This document shows positions 39,001 through 48,219 of a DNA stretch of 64,000 nt, piece after piece. The stretch's first letter is position 1. Each line of letters opens with the position of its first letter. The stretch is from the NCBI GenBank assembly GCA_032128115.1, contig JAQBHB010000031.1, positions 32,001 through 96,000 of the forward strand. Direction: 5' to 3'. A program made the position numbers and the translations under genes. Origin of the DNA: Deltaproteobacteria bacterium (GTDB lineage: Bacteria > Myxococcota_A > UBA9160 > SMWR01). A model generated the notes under the pieces. That model did not search any database. It was given only the letters and a program-made list of their open reading frames with translations, and had not been told where the DNA came from.

Positions 39001-39398
39001 GGGAGGCCGGACACGAATGGCGCGATCTCCAGGTCGTCGTCGACCCCGCGCACGTTCACGGCATTCGTGAGCGAGAGAACGTGGTGCACACCCGCAAGCT
39101 TCTCGAGCCGTCGGGTGAGGCGATCGATGCGCGCAAGACTCGCGTTGTCAAAGGCGTCGCCGCCGTGGACGGCCACCAACAGCGTTTCGTCGCTGCCGAA
39201 CATGTGGCGGACGTGGTCGTAGAATGCCCGGGCGGCGTCGCCTTCGGGAAGCAGGCGGTCGGCCGACGCATCCACGCCCAGGCGCACCGCGCCACTTCGC
39301 AGGTCGACGATGGCCGACACCGAAAGCGCCGTGAGGGCCAGGCAGGCGGCGAACACGAGGCCCGCGTGCCGGGGAACCAGCGCGAACAGCTTCCCCAC
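36084..39398 (-). CDS. MMPL/RND transporter fused to cNMP-binding and TerB-like C-terminal domains
   Basis: MMPL core ('LTTAVGF', 'GIAVDDTIH'), then a cNMP domain ('LFEAGEPGDSLYVVIQG...GEIGLF...RTADV'), then 'ALEDAFF...LIPLVQVAWADGHMDERE...GGVMGLGAISRSE'. Confidence 0.9.
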   Translation of the reverse strand: MGKLFALVPRHAGLVFAACLALTALSVSAIVDLRSGAVRLGVDASADRLLPEGDAARAFYDHVRHMFGSDETLLVAVHGGDAFDNASLARIDRLTRRLEKLAGVHHVLSLTNAVNVRGVDDDLEIAPFVSGLPLSPEALSDLREQVMDNPFFAGSLVSRDARTSVLVVYFDDMSHKEYVSSGLNGRIGQGTREEIGGEPGVEFWITGGPHVRAETAAVFMRETLTLPLLMLAVLSAVLAASFRTLRGVLLPLATIAVSVAWTLAWVVVLGFDLNAVTSMIPPLLTTLALSYSVHVVAEYYDVVRDDPLAGGPVEEVLSRVSLPVVITGLTTAVGFASLCLSPLGAVREFGLLSVVGVACTVVASLTFTPACLALLGPPRRVRAWRPRRSAWSFDRGVERVGRFAVSNRRPIFIGAAGLFALALFGASRLQVGTDQIGKFRPDAPVRVDFEAINENLQGSNLFHVVIESEVPEGLLDPDDLGQIDALQTWLELQPEIGGTASMVDYIKLINRGFNGNDPSYFAIPEKRSTVRQLLVFGGSDELDRFVDARYRTASIQVRARVMDSQEVSDLTRRIEARLAELPRRMLATVTGTSIVFNGALDAIIRGQATSVVAAFLIIYAILAAMFVSLRIGLIALIPNALPVAFYFGALGLTGIRLDPGMSLVAPMVLGIAVDDTIHYFARFIRESRRLGDEGRAAISALKSVGRPVTLTSLALCLGFLTLNASELATLATLGNMAALALAFAWATDMVLTPALCARLRVATLWDLLTIDLGRDPQHSIPLFRGLSARQARIVALMASMLDVPSGRRLFEAGEPGDSLYVVIQGRLQASLHQGGERVELATHERGGVCGEIGLFHENRTADVDVLSDARLLRLDQASIDQLGRRYPRVAAVVFRNLNAMLAERMTRATQRERVRMGGAPVDAARQARLETRGRALEDAFFQREADAFRSRLGDRDAGKTAPGKPDPAELVAGLTRLGIGAETLAALTLIPLVQVAWADGHMDEREKRAILAGAESSGIDPESPSFGLLRVWLERPPDPGLDALWRSYIETVCGALSVEARLRLRSGILGHARDVATSAGGVMGLGAISRSEEQVLSRLEAAFD

Positions 39399-39407
39399 GC
39401 CCGGAGG

Positions 39408-40211
39408 CTACTCGGCCCGGGGACGCTGGAGGTAGGAAGTCGAAAAGATCTTGAGGGGGACGTCGACTCCGACTTCGACCTCGGACAACACCAGCCGGGT
39501 CGACGTCTTGTCCCGCAGATCTTCCATGGTCAGGCGCTGGGGAATGCGTGCGCCTGCGGTTTCCAGGATCGACGTCGGATCGATGGTCAGGACCTTGCGC
39601 AGGCGGTCATCCGATTCGTACATCTCGCTCTTGAGAGGCACGCAGGTTTCCCGGGCTACGTAGGTCACCACCCGCTCGTAGGCCGATCCCGCCTCGGCCG
39701 CAGGGCGGTACTCCAACACGAAGACCGGCGTGCCATCCAGGTCGCCGTCGGCCTGTCGCGCAACGTCGCCCTCTGCGGCCATGCCCTGCACCTGCTGGAA
39801 GTCCTCGTAGGTGAAGTCGCTCCCGAAGAGCGAGCCGGAGAGCATGCGCGAAGTCACTCGCTTCACCTTCCGCAGGTCGGGCAGGTAGACGAACATGTCG
39901 GCGCCCGACTCCTTCTCCACCAGGAGCAGACCCGCACCCTTCAGGTCCGAAGGCTCGCGCAGTCGCACCATCACCTTGGAGAGCCCGTCGTCGAAGCGGC
40001 GCCACGAAACCCGGCCGGTGAGGCTACGCCCGCCGCCGGCGCGATCGGTGGACTGGAATTCGATGGTCTGACGGCTCGACTCAGCTGGCAGATTGCGCTG
40101 TACGCAGTCCACCACTTCCTTTACGGCGTCGTCTGCGGCGGGTGCAACCGCAGCGGTCACGACCAGGAGCAGCGGTGAGATCACGACCAGTGCGTCGCGC
40201 AGGGGCTTCAT
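39408..40211 (-). CDS. Outer-membrane lipoprotein-sorting (LolA-like) periplasmic protein
   Basis: Signal peptide; 'P.DLKG.GLL', 'YLPDLRKVKRV', 'LFGSDFTYED'; typical partner of MMPL genes. Confidence 0.88.
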   Translation of the reverse strand: MKPLRDALVVISPLLLVVTAAVAPAADDAVKEVVDCVQRNLPAESSRQTIEFQSTDRAGGGRSLTGRVSWRRFDDGLSKVMVRLREPSDLKGAGLLLVEKESGADMFVYLPDLRKVKRVTSRMLSGSLFGSDFTYEDFQQVQGMAAEGDVARQADGDLDGTPVFVLEYRPAAEAGSAYERVVTYVARETCVPLKSEMYESDDRLRKVLTIDPTSILETAGARIPQRLTMEDLRDKTSTRLVLSEVEVGVDVPLKIFSTSYLQRPRAE

Positions 40212-40218
40212 GGCTGGC

Positions 40219-41325
40219 TCATTTCCCCTCGTCCCAGAGAGAAAGCACCTGCCCCCGGTCGGGCGGGATGCGCCCCTCCAGGGTGTCGCGGTAGATCGAC
40301 TCCACCGCCGCGCGGCCGCGGCCCTCCACCACCTGTACGCATCCGCCGCTTCGGGCGAGGAAGTCGCTCCAGGCCCCGCCCACCCGCTCCTGGAGGCCGC
40401 CGGGGCCCCACTCCTCGCTGCGCTTCTGGCCCTGGGCCGGCGCGAAGAAGAAGGCGGGAGACGGGCCCGGCAGGCTTGCGGGGCCCGGCGCGGCTTCCCA
40501 GTGGGTCGCTCCCACCCGACAGCTGTGCTTCAGGTGATCGCCGAAGTGTCCATGCACGGCACCCGTCACGGCGCCGTTGCCCGCCATGTCCACGAAGAGG
40601 GTGGCGCGGTCGCCGGCCAGCGACTCGATCTGGTCGTAGACCACCACCCGGTCGTAGCAACCCAGCCCTTCCACGAACGACACGTTCGCCGGCGACGTGA
40701 GGCCCACCACTTCGATCCCGGGGCGGCGGTCGCCTGCGAGCAGGTGGGCCAGGGCGATGGCGGTCTTGCTCGAAGCGCTGGCGAGCACCACGGAGGTGGC
40801 TCCGAAGAAGTCCGCCTCGGCGAAGGAATCATCCAGCAGGAACGCCGTCAGGAAGAGCGGACGGAACAGCATCTGCTGGGCCTCGCTCTGCGGCGTGTAA
40901 CCCGGATCCTCGCCGCAGCGCAGGTAGCGGTTGTAGAAGGCGGGCAACGACTTGCGGTGCGGCGCCGCATCCGTGAAGCCCCCGCCGGACACGGAGCCCG
41001 CCTGCACCAGCAGGTGCGTCGACATGGGCCAGTAACCGAAGAAGCGCTCGCCGGGGCTCACGCCCTCGGCAGTGGAAGCCAGCACGTCGCCGAATCCCCA
41101 GACCGGCACGCGCCCCCAGCCCTCGCGCGTAGGAAAGAAATCCCAGTACGACATGGCGCTGCCGAACACCGCGTAGCTGATGTTGTTGGCCGTGAACCCG
41201 AAGCGATCCACGCGCAGCAGCACCTGGTCGCCCTGCAGGGTGCGGGCTTCGGGGGGCGGGGCTTGCGCGAAATCGCAGCGACGAAGATCGTCGCGATCCA
41301 CCACGAAATCGAGGCCAAAGGACAT
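40219..41325 (-). CDS. DUF2855-family protein
   Basis: 'FGFTANNISYA', 'YWDFFP', 'VPVWGF', 'LFRPLF.T.F', 'SASSKTA', 'VGATHW', 'FFFAP'. Confidence 0.88.
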   Translation of the reverse strand: MSFGLDFVVDRDDLRRCDFAQAPPPEARTLQGDQVLLRVDRFGFTANNISYAVFGSAMSYWDFFPTREGWGRVPVWGFGDVLASTAEGVSPGERFFGYWPMSTHLLVQAGSVSGGGFTDAAPHRKSLPAFYNRYLRCGEDPGYTPQSEAQQMLFRPLFLTAFLLDDSFAEADFFGATSVVLASASSKTAIALAHLLAGDRRPGIEVVGLTSPANVSFVEGLGCYDRVVVYDQIESLAGDRATLFVDMAGNGAVTGAVHGHFGDHLKHSCRVGATHWEAAPGPASLPGPSPAFFFAPAQGQKRSEEWGPGGLQERVGGAWSDFLARSGGCVQVVEGRGRAAVESIYRDTLEGRIPPDRGQVLSLWDEGK

Positions 41326-41411
41326 ACCCGCTCACCTCCCGTGAATCCCGAAGCACAGCGTACTCGACCGGGGCGGCCGACGGGTCAGATTCTAACGCGA
41401 CGGCCCTTCGA

Positions 41412-42095
41412 CTAGAAGCGGTACTGGAAGCTGGCGCCGACGGTTCCCATGTTCGCGCCGTCCACCACGCCCACGGGGACGATGTAGGTCCCCTCGAGCG
41501 TGAGTACCCAGTGTTCGCTGGCGTAGAAGTCGAGGCCCAATCCGAAGCGCGGCGCGAACCCGTAGTCGATGTCCCACGGCTTCGGCGTCAGGTCCACGAT
41601 CTCCTTGTTGAAGATCAGAAGGCTCGCGCCCAGCAGGCCGTAGGGCTGCCAACGTCCGGTGGCCGCGAAGACCTTTGCGTTCAGGCTCAGGAGGTGCGTA
41701 TCGATCTCGATGCCATCCGAGCCGGGCACCACCACTGCCGGGTTCGACGAATCGAACCCCGCCTGCCACTGGTAGTCGAACTCGACCGCCACGCGGGGAC
41801 ACACCCGGTAGCCGGCCCGGAAATCCACCCCTCCGCTGTTGTCGAATTTCGGGTCGGTGGCGGCGGGTTCCGGGGGCACGGTCCCGAGCTGGGTGGTGTC
41901 CATGGAGATGTCCTCGATGGCGTAGATGCCGCCCAGACCCAGATACCAGCCCGACCGGGCGTAGTCCGGCTCCGGGAACTCGGCGTGGGCGGGGCCGGCG
42001 CCTGCCGCGAGCGCTGCAATGCCCGCGGCAGCGCAGGCCAGTGCCCGTCCGAATGTCGTAGCAACGCGTCGTGTGCTCGCCTCTCTGTTCAGCAT
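41412..42095 (-). CDS. Small outer-membrane beta-barrel protein (OmpA/OmpW-like)
   Basis: Signal peptide, 'GWYLGLGG', 'RAGYR', 'WQPY.L.G', C-terminal 'FQYRF'. Confidence 0.85.
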   Translation of the reverse strand: MLNREASTRRVATTFGRALACAAAGIAALAAGAGPAHAEFPEPDYARSGWYLGLGGIYAIEDISMDTTQLGTVPPEPAATDPKFDNSGGVDFRAGYRVCPRVAVEFDYQWQAGFDSSNPAVVVPGSDGIEIDTHLLSLNAKVFAATGRWQPYGLLGASLLIFNKEIVDLTPKPWDIDYGFAPRFGLGLDFYASEHWVLTLEGTYIVPVGVVDGANMGTVGASFQYRF

Positions 42096-43585
42096 GGTCG
42101 ATCCCTCGTCCCCTCGCGGACCACCTGGCGATATACGCTCAGGTCGGCCTTCCGGGTCCGGCGCCAGTAGCGGAACGTGGTGCCGGACCAGTTGTTGGTG
42201 ATCTTCCCGTCGGCGTTCTTGTACCAGCTGTGGTCGGTTTCTGCCCAGACCGTTCCCCGCAGCTCGTGCTGGATTCGCTGGTTGTAGGCCTTCATGGCGT
42301 CCTGGCGCACGTCGATCCACGCCAGGCCGCGCTCGTCCATCTGGCGCAGGCAATCCAGGATGTAACCCGTCTGGCACTCGATCATGAAGATGATCGAGTT
42401 GTGGCCCAGATTGGTGTTGGGTCCATACATCATGAAGAAGTTGGGGAAGCCGGCCACGCTCAGGCCCAGGTACGCCTGGGCTCCGTCCTTCCACTCGGTT
42501 TCCAGCGAGCGGTGGTCGAGGCCGGCGATCTTCATGGGCGCCAGGAACGAGGTGGACTCGAAGCCGGTGGCGAGGATCACGGCATCCACCGGGTAACGGG
42601 TTCCGTCGCGCGCCACGACCGCGTCGCGAATGAGATGATCGATCCCCGCCGTCACCACGTTCACGTTCGGGCGCTCCAATGTGGCGTAGTAATCGTCGGA
42701 GATCAGGATGCGCTTGCCCCCGATGGGATAGTCGGGAACCAGGGCCTTGCGCAGTTCCGGATCGGAAATCTGGTCGTGGATGCTGTCCACGGTCAGCTTT
42801 TCGATGCGCCTACCCAGGAATCGGTTGCCGCGAAACACGGGCCAGCGAAGCTCGAAAGAGAGCCAGAGCCAGGCACGGTAGAGGCGCGCCAGCAGCGGGT
42901 ATCGGGCGAAGCGGCGCTTCTCGGCCTCACTGTATTCGCGATCGAGCTTGGGAAGCATCCAGTTGGCGCTTCGCTGGAAGATGTGGAGCTGCTTCGCCTC
43001 CCGGGCCAGCGGGGGAACGAACTGGATGGCGCTGGCGGCGTTGCCGATCACGGCGACGGTCTTGCCCCGCAGGTCTGCTTCCGGGTTCCAGCGGGCCGAG
43101 TGAAAACTCTCTCCGGCGAAACTCTCGAGCCCGGGGATCTCCGGCATGTGGGGTCGGTTGAGCTGCCCGACACCGCTCACCAACACCTGGGCCGCGATCT
43201 CCCGGCCGTCGCCGGTGTGCAGGTGCCAGAGACCCGCGTCCGCGTCGAAGTGGGCGCGGGCCACGTCGCTCCCGAAGCGGATATGCGGCCACAGCTCGTA
43301 CTTCGTGGCGCAGTGCTCCATGTAGTCCAGGATCTCGGGCTGGGGCGCCCATTTCCGCGACCAGTCGGTCTTCTGCTCGAACGAGAAGCAGTAGGCGAAC
43401 GAGGGCGAGTCGCAGGCCGCCCCCGGGTAGATGTTCTCACGCCAGGTGCCGCCCAGGCGATCGGCCTTCTCGAAGATCTCGAAGGCCTCGCAACCCGCCT
43501 TCTTCAACTGGATGGCGAGGCACAGGCCCGAGAAGCCGGAACCGATGATGGCGACGCGCAGGGGCGTGGGCCGGGGGGGAGTCAC
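42089..43585 (-). CDS. Baeyer-Villiger/flavin-containing monooxygenase
   Basis: 'IIGSGFSG', 'GGTW..N.YPGAACD', fingerprint 'FAGESFHSARW', 'VIGNAAS', 'ATGF'. Confidence 0.95.
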   Translation of the reverse strand: MTPPRPTPLRVAIIGSGFSGLCLAIQLKKAGCEAFEIFEKADRLGGTWRENIYPGAACDSPSFAYCFSFEQKTDWSRKWAPQPEILDYMEHCATKYELWPHIRFGSDVARAHFDADAGLWHLHTGDGREIAAQVLVSGVGQLNRPHMPEIPGLESFAGESFHSARWNPEADLRGKTVAVIGNAASAIQFVPPLAREAKQLHIFQRSANWMLPKLDREYSEAEKRRFARYPLLARLYRAWLWLSFELRWPVFRGNRFLGRRIEKLTVDSIHDQISDPELRKALVPDYPIGGKRILISDDYYATLERPNVNVVTAGIDHLIRDAVVARDGTRYPVDAVILATGFESTSFLAPMKIAGLDHRSLETEWKDGAQAYLGLSVAGFPNFFMMYGPNTNLGHNSIIFMIECQTGYILDCLRQMDERGLAWIDVRQDAMKAYNQRIQHELRGTVWAETDHSWYKNADGKITNNWSGTTFRYWRRTRKADLSVYRQVVREGTRDRPC

Positions 43586-43710
43586 GGGGAGCCTGTCACT
43601 GGGGGGGCCTCGCTGCCGGATGCGCGGGCCGGAGGATACCAGCTCCCGGGGGGGGGTCCCGGGGGCCGAAACCCCATGGGATTCGGCGATTTGCTAGCCT
43701 GCCCGGCCTC

Positions 43711-45513
43711 ATGCAAGAGCCTCGCAAGGACCTGCGCAATCTGGCCATCATCGCACACGTGGATCACGGCAAGACCACGCTGCTGGACGGATTGTTGCGC
43801 CAGACCGGCGCTTTTCACGCGAACCAGCAGCTGGTGGATCGCGCCATGGACTCGGGCGAACTGGAGCGCGAGCGCGGCATCACGATCCGGGCCAAGGAGA
43901 CGGCGGTCGAGTTCCAGGGCGTCCGCATCCACCTGGTGGATACCCCCGGCCACGCGGACTTCGGAGGCGAGGTGGAGCGGGTGCTGGGCATGGTGGACGC
44001 CGTGCTGCTGCTCGTGGACGCGTCCGATGGCGTGATGCCCCAGACCCGCTTCGTGATGAGCAAGGCCCTGGCCCACGGGCTCCGCCCCATCCTGGTGGTG
44101 AACAAGGTGGATCGTGTCGAGCAGCGGGCCGACGCCGTGGTGGACGAGACGTTCGACCTGCTGGTCGCCCTGGGGGCCAGCAACGAGCAACTGGACTTCC
44201 CAGTGATCTACGCCTCGGCCAAGGAGGGCACCGCCAGTCGCGACCTGTCGCACCCGCGTGAGAACCTGCTGCCCCTGCTGGAGACGATTCTCGAGCACGC
44301 CCCTCCTCCCGATGTCGACATGGAGGGTCCCCTTCAGTTCCAGGCGGTCACGCTGGATCACGATCCCTACCTGGGCCGCCTGGTGATCGGCCGGGTTGCA
44401 CGGGGCTGCCTGCGCCGGGGCGCCACGGTGACGCGCATATCCCCTACCGACCGGCCCGAGTCGTTTCGGGTGACCAAGCTGCTGGGGGCCCGGGGTCTGC
44501 ATCGCGTGGAACTCGACGAGGCCCGGGCAGGCGACCTGGCCGTGGTCGCCGGCCTGGATTCGATCGAGATCGGCGACACCCTGTGTGACCCGGACCACCT
44601 GGAGCCCCTGCCGCTCATCGAGGTGGATCCGCCCACCATGCGCGTGCTCTTCAGCGTGAACACCTCGCCCTTTGCGGGCCTGGACGGGCGCTTCGTCACC
44701 AGTCGCCAGATCGGCGATCGCCTGCGCCGTGAGGACCTCACCAACGTGTCGATCCAGGTGGAGAGCTCGGATTCTCCCGACACCTTCGTGGTGGCCGGCC
44801 GTGGCGAGCTGCAGATCGCGGTGCTGATCGAGACCATGCGACGCGAGGGATACGAGTTCAGCGTGTCGCGGCCCGAGATCATCCGCCGCGAGATCGACGG
44901 GAAGTCATGCGAGCCCGTGGAAGACGTGGTGGTCGAGGTGCCCGAGCCCATGACCGGCGTGGTGGTGGAGAAGATCTCGGCGCGAAAGGGACGGCTCACA
45001 TCGATCGAGCACCGGGGCGATCGCTCTCGCCTGGAATTCATAGCCCCGAGCCGGGGCCTGTTCGGCTACCGGAGCGAGTTCCTGTCGGACACCCGGGGCG
45101 AGGGCGTACTGCACCGCACGCTGCGCGGCTACGAACCGTGGTCCGGCAACCTTTCGAGCCGGAGCCTGGGCGCCATCGTGGCGTCGGACAAGGGCCGCTC
45201 CACGGCACACGCCCTGTTCAACATCCAGCAGCGCGCCTCCATGTTCGTGGGTCCTGGGGTTGACGTCTACGAGGGACAGGTGGTGGGCGAGAACCGCCGC
45301 ACCGGCGACATGAACGTGAATGTGGCCCGCCCCAAGAAGCTCAGCAACATGCGGGCGTCGGGTCGCGACGAGTCGCCGATCCTGACGCCGCCCCGTGAGC
45401 TCGAGATCGAGTGGGGCCTGGAGTGGCTGGCCGACGACGAGCTCCTGGAAGTGACGCCCCACTCGCTGCGCCTGCGCAAGCGCATCCTCCCCGCCAATTT
45501 CCGCAAGCGTTGA
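43711..45513 (+). CDS. typA: Translational GTPase TypA/BipA
   Basis: '[15 protein letters not shown]', 'ERERGITI', '[14 protein letters not shown]', 'NKVD', 'GRGEL...[10 protein letters not shown]', '[13 protein letters not shown]'. Confidence 0.97.
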   Translation: MQEPRKDLRNLAIIAHVDHGKTTLLDGLLRQTGAFHANQQLVDRAMDSGELERERGITIRAKETAVEFQGVRIHLVDTPGHADFGGEVERVLGMVDAVLLLVDASDGVMPQTRFVMSKALAHGLRPILVVNKVDRVEQRADAVVDETFDLLVALGASNEQLDFPVIYASAKEGTASRDLSHPRENLLPLLETILEHAPPPDVDMEGPLQFQAVTLDHDPYLGRLVIGRVARGCLRRGATVTRISPTDRPESFRVTKLLGARGLHRVELDEARAGDLAVVAGLDSIEIGDTLCDPDHLEPLPLIEVDPPTMRVLFSVNTSPFAGLDGRFVTSRQIGDRLRREDLTNVSIQVESSDSPDTFVVAGRGELQIAVLIETMRREGYEFSVSRPEIIRREIDGKSCEPVEDVVVEVPEPMTGVVVEKISARKGRLTSIEHRGDRSRLEFIAPSRGLFGYRSEFLSDTRGEGVLHRTLRGYEPWSGNLSSRSLGAIVASDKGRSTAHALFNIQQRASMFVGPGVDVYEGQVVGENRRTGDMNVNVARPKKLSNMRASGRDESPILTPPRELEIEWGLEWLADDELLEVTPHSLRLRKRILPANFRKR

Positions 45514-45514
45514 T

Positions 45515-47098
45515 TCACTGACCCGAGATTGCCGCGAGCGATTCGCGCCAGTCGTCGCGATCGGTGTCCACCACCACGTGCTCACCCGGCGGCAGTTCGG
45601 TGATGGGCTCGAAGCGTCGGGTGCTGGTGGCGTGGAGTTCGGGTCCCGCGTCCGAGGGATCCTCACCGCGCTTGGCCCTCTCGGCCAGACGGCGGAGCGC
45701 TACATCCTCCGCGCAGCGGATGTCGAACACCCGAAACGGGAGATTCTGCATGCGCGCCAGGCCGCGAGCGGCGGCCCGGTGGTCCGCGCGCGAGAAGGTG
45801 GCGTCCAGGATCACGGTCCGCCCCGAATCCACGATCGGCGTCGCGCGCTGGAGCAGTGCCGAGTACACCTTGTCCACCTGGTGGGGCGCGTAGAGGCCGG
45901 CGTCGAGTCGCGCGGCGGCACGGTCGCTGGGCGCCAGGCCCACCAGTCGCTTGCGAACCCGGTCCGACGACACCAGAACCCCGCCGCGGGCGTCGGCGAT
46001 CACCTGGGCGGCGCTCGTCTTGCCCGCACCCACCACCCCCGCCACCAGGATGACGGCACCCTGGCTGCGGGGTTCCAGGGCCTGCTGGGCGAGCGAGAGG
46101 TGCCGACGGGCGCTTTCCGCTGATTTTTCGCGCTGCGCAGCAGCCACTTCCGGGTCGTTGCTGGCAATGGCGGCGACCTTCGCCCGGACCGCTGCCCGAT
46201 AGCTCACGAAGTAGTCGACGACCCGGTAGGAATCGAAGTCGTCGCTGTCGCGCGCGACCTGGCGCAGGAAGCGCTCGGCCCAATCCTCCCGGCCGCGATA
46301 GCGCAGGTCCATCGCCACGAACGCCGCGTCGGCGGCAGCATCGATGTGACGCAGGTCGTCGCGGAACTCCAGGCAATCGATGAGAAGGGGATCGGACGTC
46401 TCGAACCAGACGTGTTGCAGGTGCAGATCGCCGTGCCCGTCCACCGCGCGCCCGTCGCGACGCCGCCTCTCGAAGGCCTCGGTCCGTTTGCTGGCGAAGG
46501 CGTGTGCCGCCTGGGACACGGCCGCCACCTGGTCGGCATCGATCACCCCGGGCTGGGAGGCCAGTGCCAACAGGGTTTCCTCTGCGGGGCCGGTGCACCG
46601 CTGCCACCACTGGTCGCGGGAGAAGGGGGCCGGGATGCCCAGGCCGTGCTCACCGTGGAAGCGAGCCACGCGTGCGGCCACTGCGTCCAGGTGGTGCATC
46701 TCCAGGCGACCCTGCTCCAGGAGGGTCAGGGCATCGCGCCCGGCGGGCAGACGCCTCATCACCACGCAGTGCTCGACCCGCGGATCCGGATCGAGCTTGT
46801 CAGCCACCTCGCCCCATTCGAAGCCGGATCCCGCGGTTCGCAGCGGGGCAATCCCCAGGTAGACGTCGGGCGCCAGGCGGCGATTGAGCGAAACCTCGCG
46901 CTCGCAGTCGGAGTTGCGCGCGGCGCAGGTGCCAAAGTCGACGAAGCCCAGGTTCACCGCCTTGCGCAACTTGAAGACCCGATCCGCCGTCAGGAACACG
47001 TGCGACAGGTGGGTCTGCACGTGCTCGGTGCCGGGCCGGGCGGCGAGCGCCTCGACGAGGCCCTGGGGCAGGGGCTGGATCTCTTTCACGGTCGCCAT
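45515..47098 (-). CDS. Bifunctional APH-like kinase / P-loop (AAA_33) protein
   Basis: 'QTHLSHVFL', 'KLRKAV.LGFVDF', 'E..LNRRLAP', 'DGHGDLHL', 'IDCLEF'; C-terminal 'GVVGAGKT', 'SSDRVRK', 'DATF', 'SDAG'. Confidence 0.9.
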   Translation of the reverse strand: MATVKEIQPLPQGLVEALAARPGTEHVQTHLSHVFLTADRVFKLRKAVNLGFVDFGTCAARNSDCEREVSLNRRLAPDVYLGIAPLRTAGSGFEWGEVADKLDPDPRVEHCVVMRRLPAGRDALTLLEQGRLEMHHLDAVAARVARFHGEHGLGIPAPFSRDQWWQRCTGPAEETLLALASQPGVIDADQVAAVSQAAHAFASKRTEAFERRRRDGRAVDGHGDLHLQHVWFETSDPLLIDCLEFRDDLRHIDAAADAAFVAMDLRYRGREDWAERFLRQVARDSDDFDSYRVVDYFVSYRAAVRAKVAAIASNDPEVAAAQREKSAESARRHLSLAQQALEPRSQGAVILVAGVVGAGKTSAAQVIADARGGVLVSSDRVRKRLVGLAPSDRAAARLDAGLYAPHQVDKVYSALLQRATPIVDSGRTVILDATFSRADHRAAARGLARMQNLPFRVFDIRCAEDVALRRLAERAKRGEDPSDAGPELHATSTRRFEPITELPPGEHVVVDTDRDDWRESLAAISGQ

Positions 47099-47173
47099 CG
47101 GATCGCGACGAGGGCGTTCAGAAGCCGGCGGCGCCGGACGCGGAAACGTGGGGGGTCGGCATGGGCTCCTCCG

Positions 47174-48163
47174 TCAGGCGATCGAAAGCCACAGGCGCAG
47201 CAGGTGGCGTTTGCGGTCGGGATCCGGGTGATCTTCGTACTGGGTGCGAGCGTGCACAACGGTGTGATTCGCGAGCCACTGGATGTCCCCGGGCTCGAGA
47301 TCCATATCCAGACGGATGTCGGGACTGGATGCGATTTCTTCGTAGAGATCCATCAGAGCCAGCTGCTCCGGCGCGATCGCCACGTCCGGGTGCCTCGCCA
47401 CCGAGCGGAAGTAATCGCTGTGGTAGAAGGTGCGCAGGCGTCCCTCGGCGAATCGGCACGGGGGAACCGGCAGGTAGCGCAACGCCCCCGATGCATCCTC
47501 GTTGCGGATGTCCAACAGGAAGGGCTCGTACAGGCGCTCCACCTGCTGCGGACAGCGTTCCAGCAGGGCGTTGTAGACCGCCACGGAGCTCGCGATGCGA
47601 CTCGCGCCGCCGCTCTTCGCCGTGCGCAGGCACAGAAGCCCCACCACGTCGGCCGCGTCGCAGTGATAGGCGATGGCCGAAGACGTGCGGTACAGGCGCA
47701 CGAACGGGTCATCCGCAGCGTCGCCGGTATGGGTCACGTGACCCAGCAGGTCACCCTGCGGGTTCTGGGCCCCGGGACGTCCCAGGTGCAGGCCCAGGCA
47801 CCAGAAACACAGCTCCGCGTCCTCCCGGGACCAGCGGTCGACGGGCAGGCCCGAGACCACCAGGAACCCCCGGCCGTCGTCGAGCTCGTGGCGCCAGCGG
47901 GAGACCTCGGCCGACACGCTGGGAAGCGGAAAGTCCTGCGCGGTGAGCTCGCCAGTGGTTTTGCCGGTGGCTCGGGCCGTGGCGAGGGCCCGGTCGATCT
48001 CGGCCACTTTGTCCGCGTCCAGGCACACCCGCCATTGCTCGCTGTCGGCCAGGTCGGCGCCGCGCCAGGCCGAGACGACGTTCAGCGGCTCGCGCGCCGG
48101 CGCCTCATGGGGGCGGGAGAAGTAGTGACCCGCCTGCTCGGCGTAGGAGTTGTAGCTCCCCAT
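47174..48163 (-). CDS. TauD/TfdA-family Fe(II)/2-oxoglutarate dioxygenase
   Basis: 'GRGF', 'YHCDAADVVGLLCL', 'GGASR..SS', 'PGDIQ...NH..VHAR', 'RHLLRLWL'. GGAG SD before ATG 48163. Confidence 0.92.
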   Translation of the reverse strand: MGSYNSYAEQAGHYFSRPHEAPAREPLNVVSAWRGADLADSEQWRVCLDADKVAEIDRALATARATGKTTGELTAQDFPLPSVSAEVSRWRHELDDGRGFLVVSGLPVDRWSREDAELCFWCLGLHLGRPGAQNPQGDLLGHVTHTGDAADDPFVRLYRTSSAIAYHCDAADVVGLLCLRTAKSGGASRIASSVAVYNALLERCPQQVERLYEPFLLDIRNEDASGALRYLPVPPCRFAEGRLRTFYHSDYFRSVARHPDVAIAPEQLALMDLYEEIASSPDIRLDMDLEPGDIQWLANHTVVHARTQYEDHPDPDRKRHLLRLWLSIA

Positions 48164-48219
48164 CGGACTCCGGTTTTCTCCCGGATCGGAAGCTACCAGA
48201 CCGGCGGGCGATGGGTCGA

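Noticed and set aside
36573..40178. 1201-aa plus-strand ORF and other long antisense ORFs (e.g. 11293-13416, 42071-44035, 49856-52156, 55196-57631)
   Set aside because: Shadow frames of clear genes on the opposite strand. High GC3 suppresses stop codons, and the translations carry no family motifs.
43665..43687. Imperfect palindrome GCCGAA...TTCGGC and G-runs upstream of typA
   Set aside because: Single occurrence with no assignable regulator or structure.
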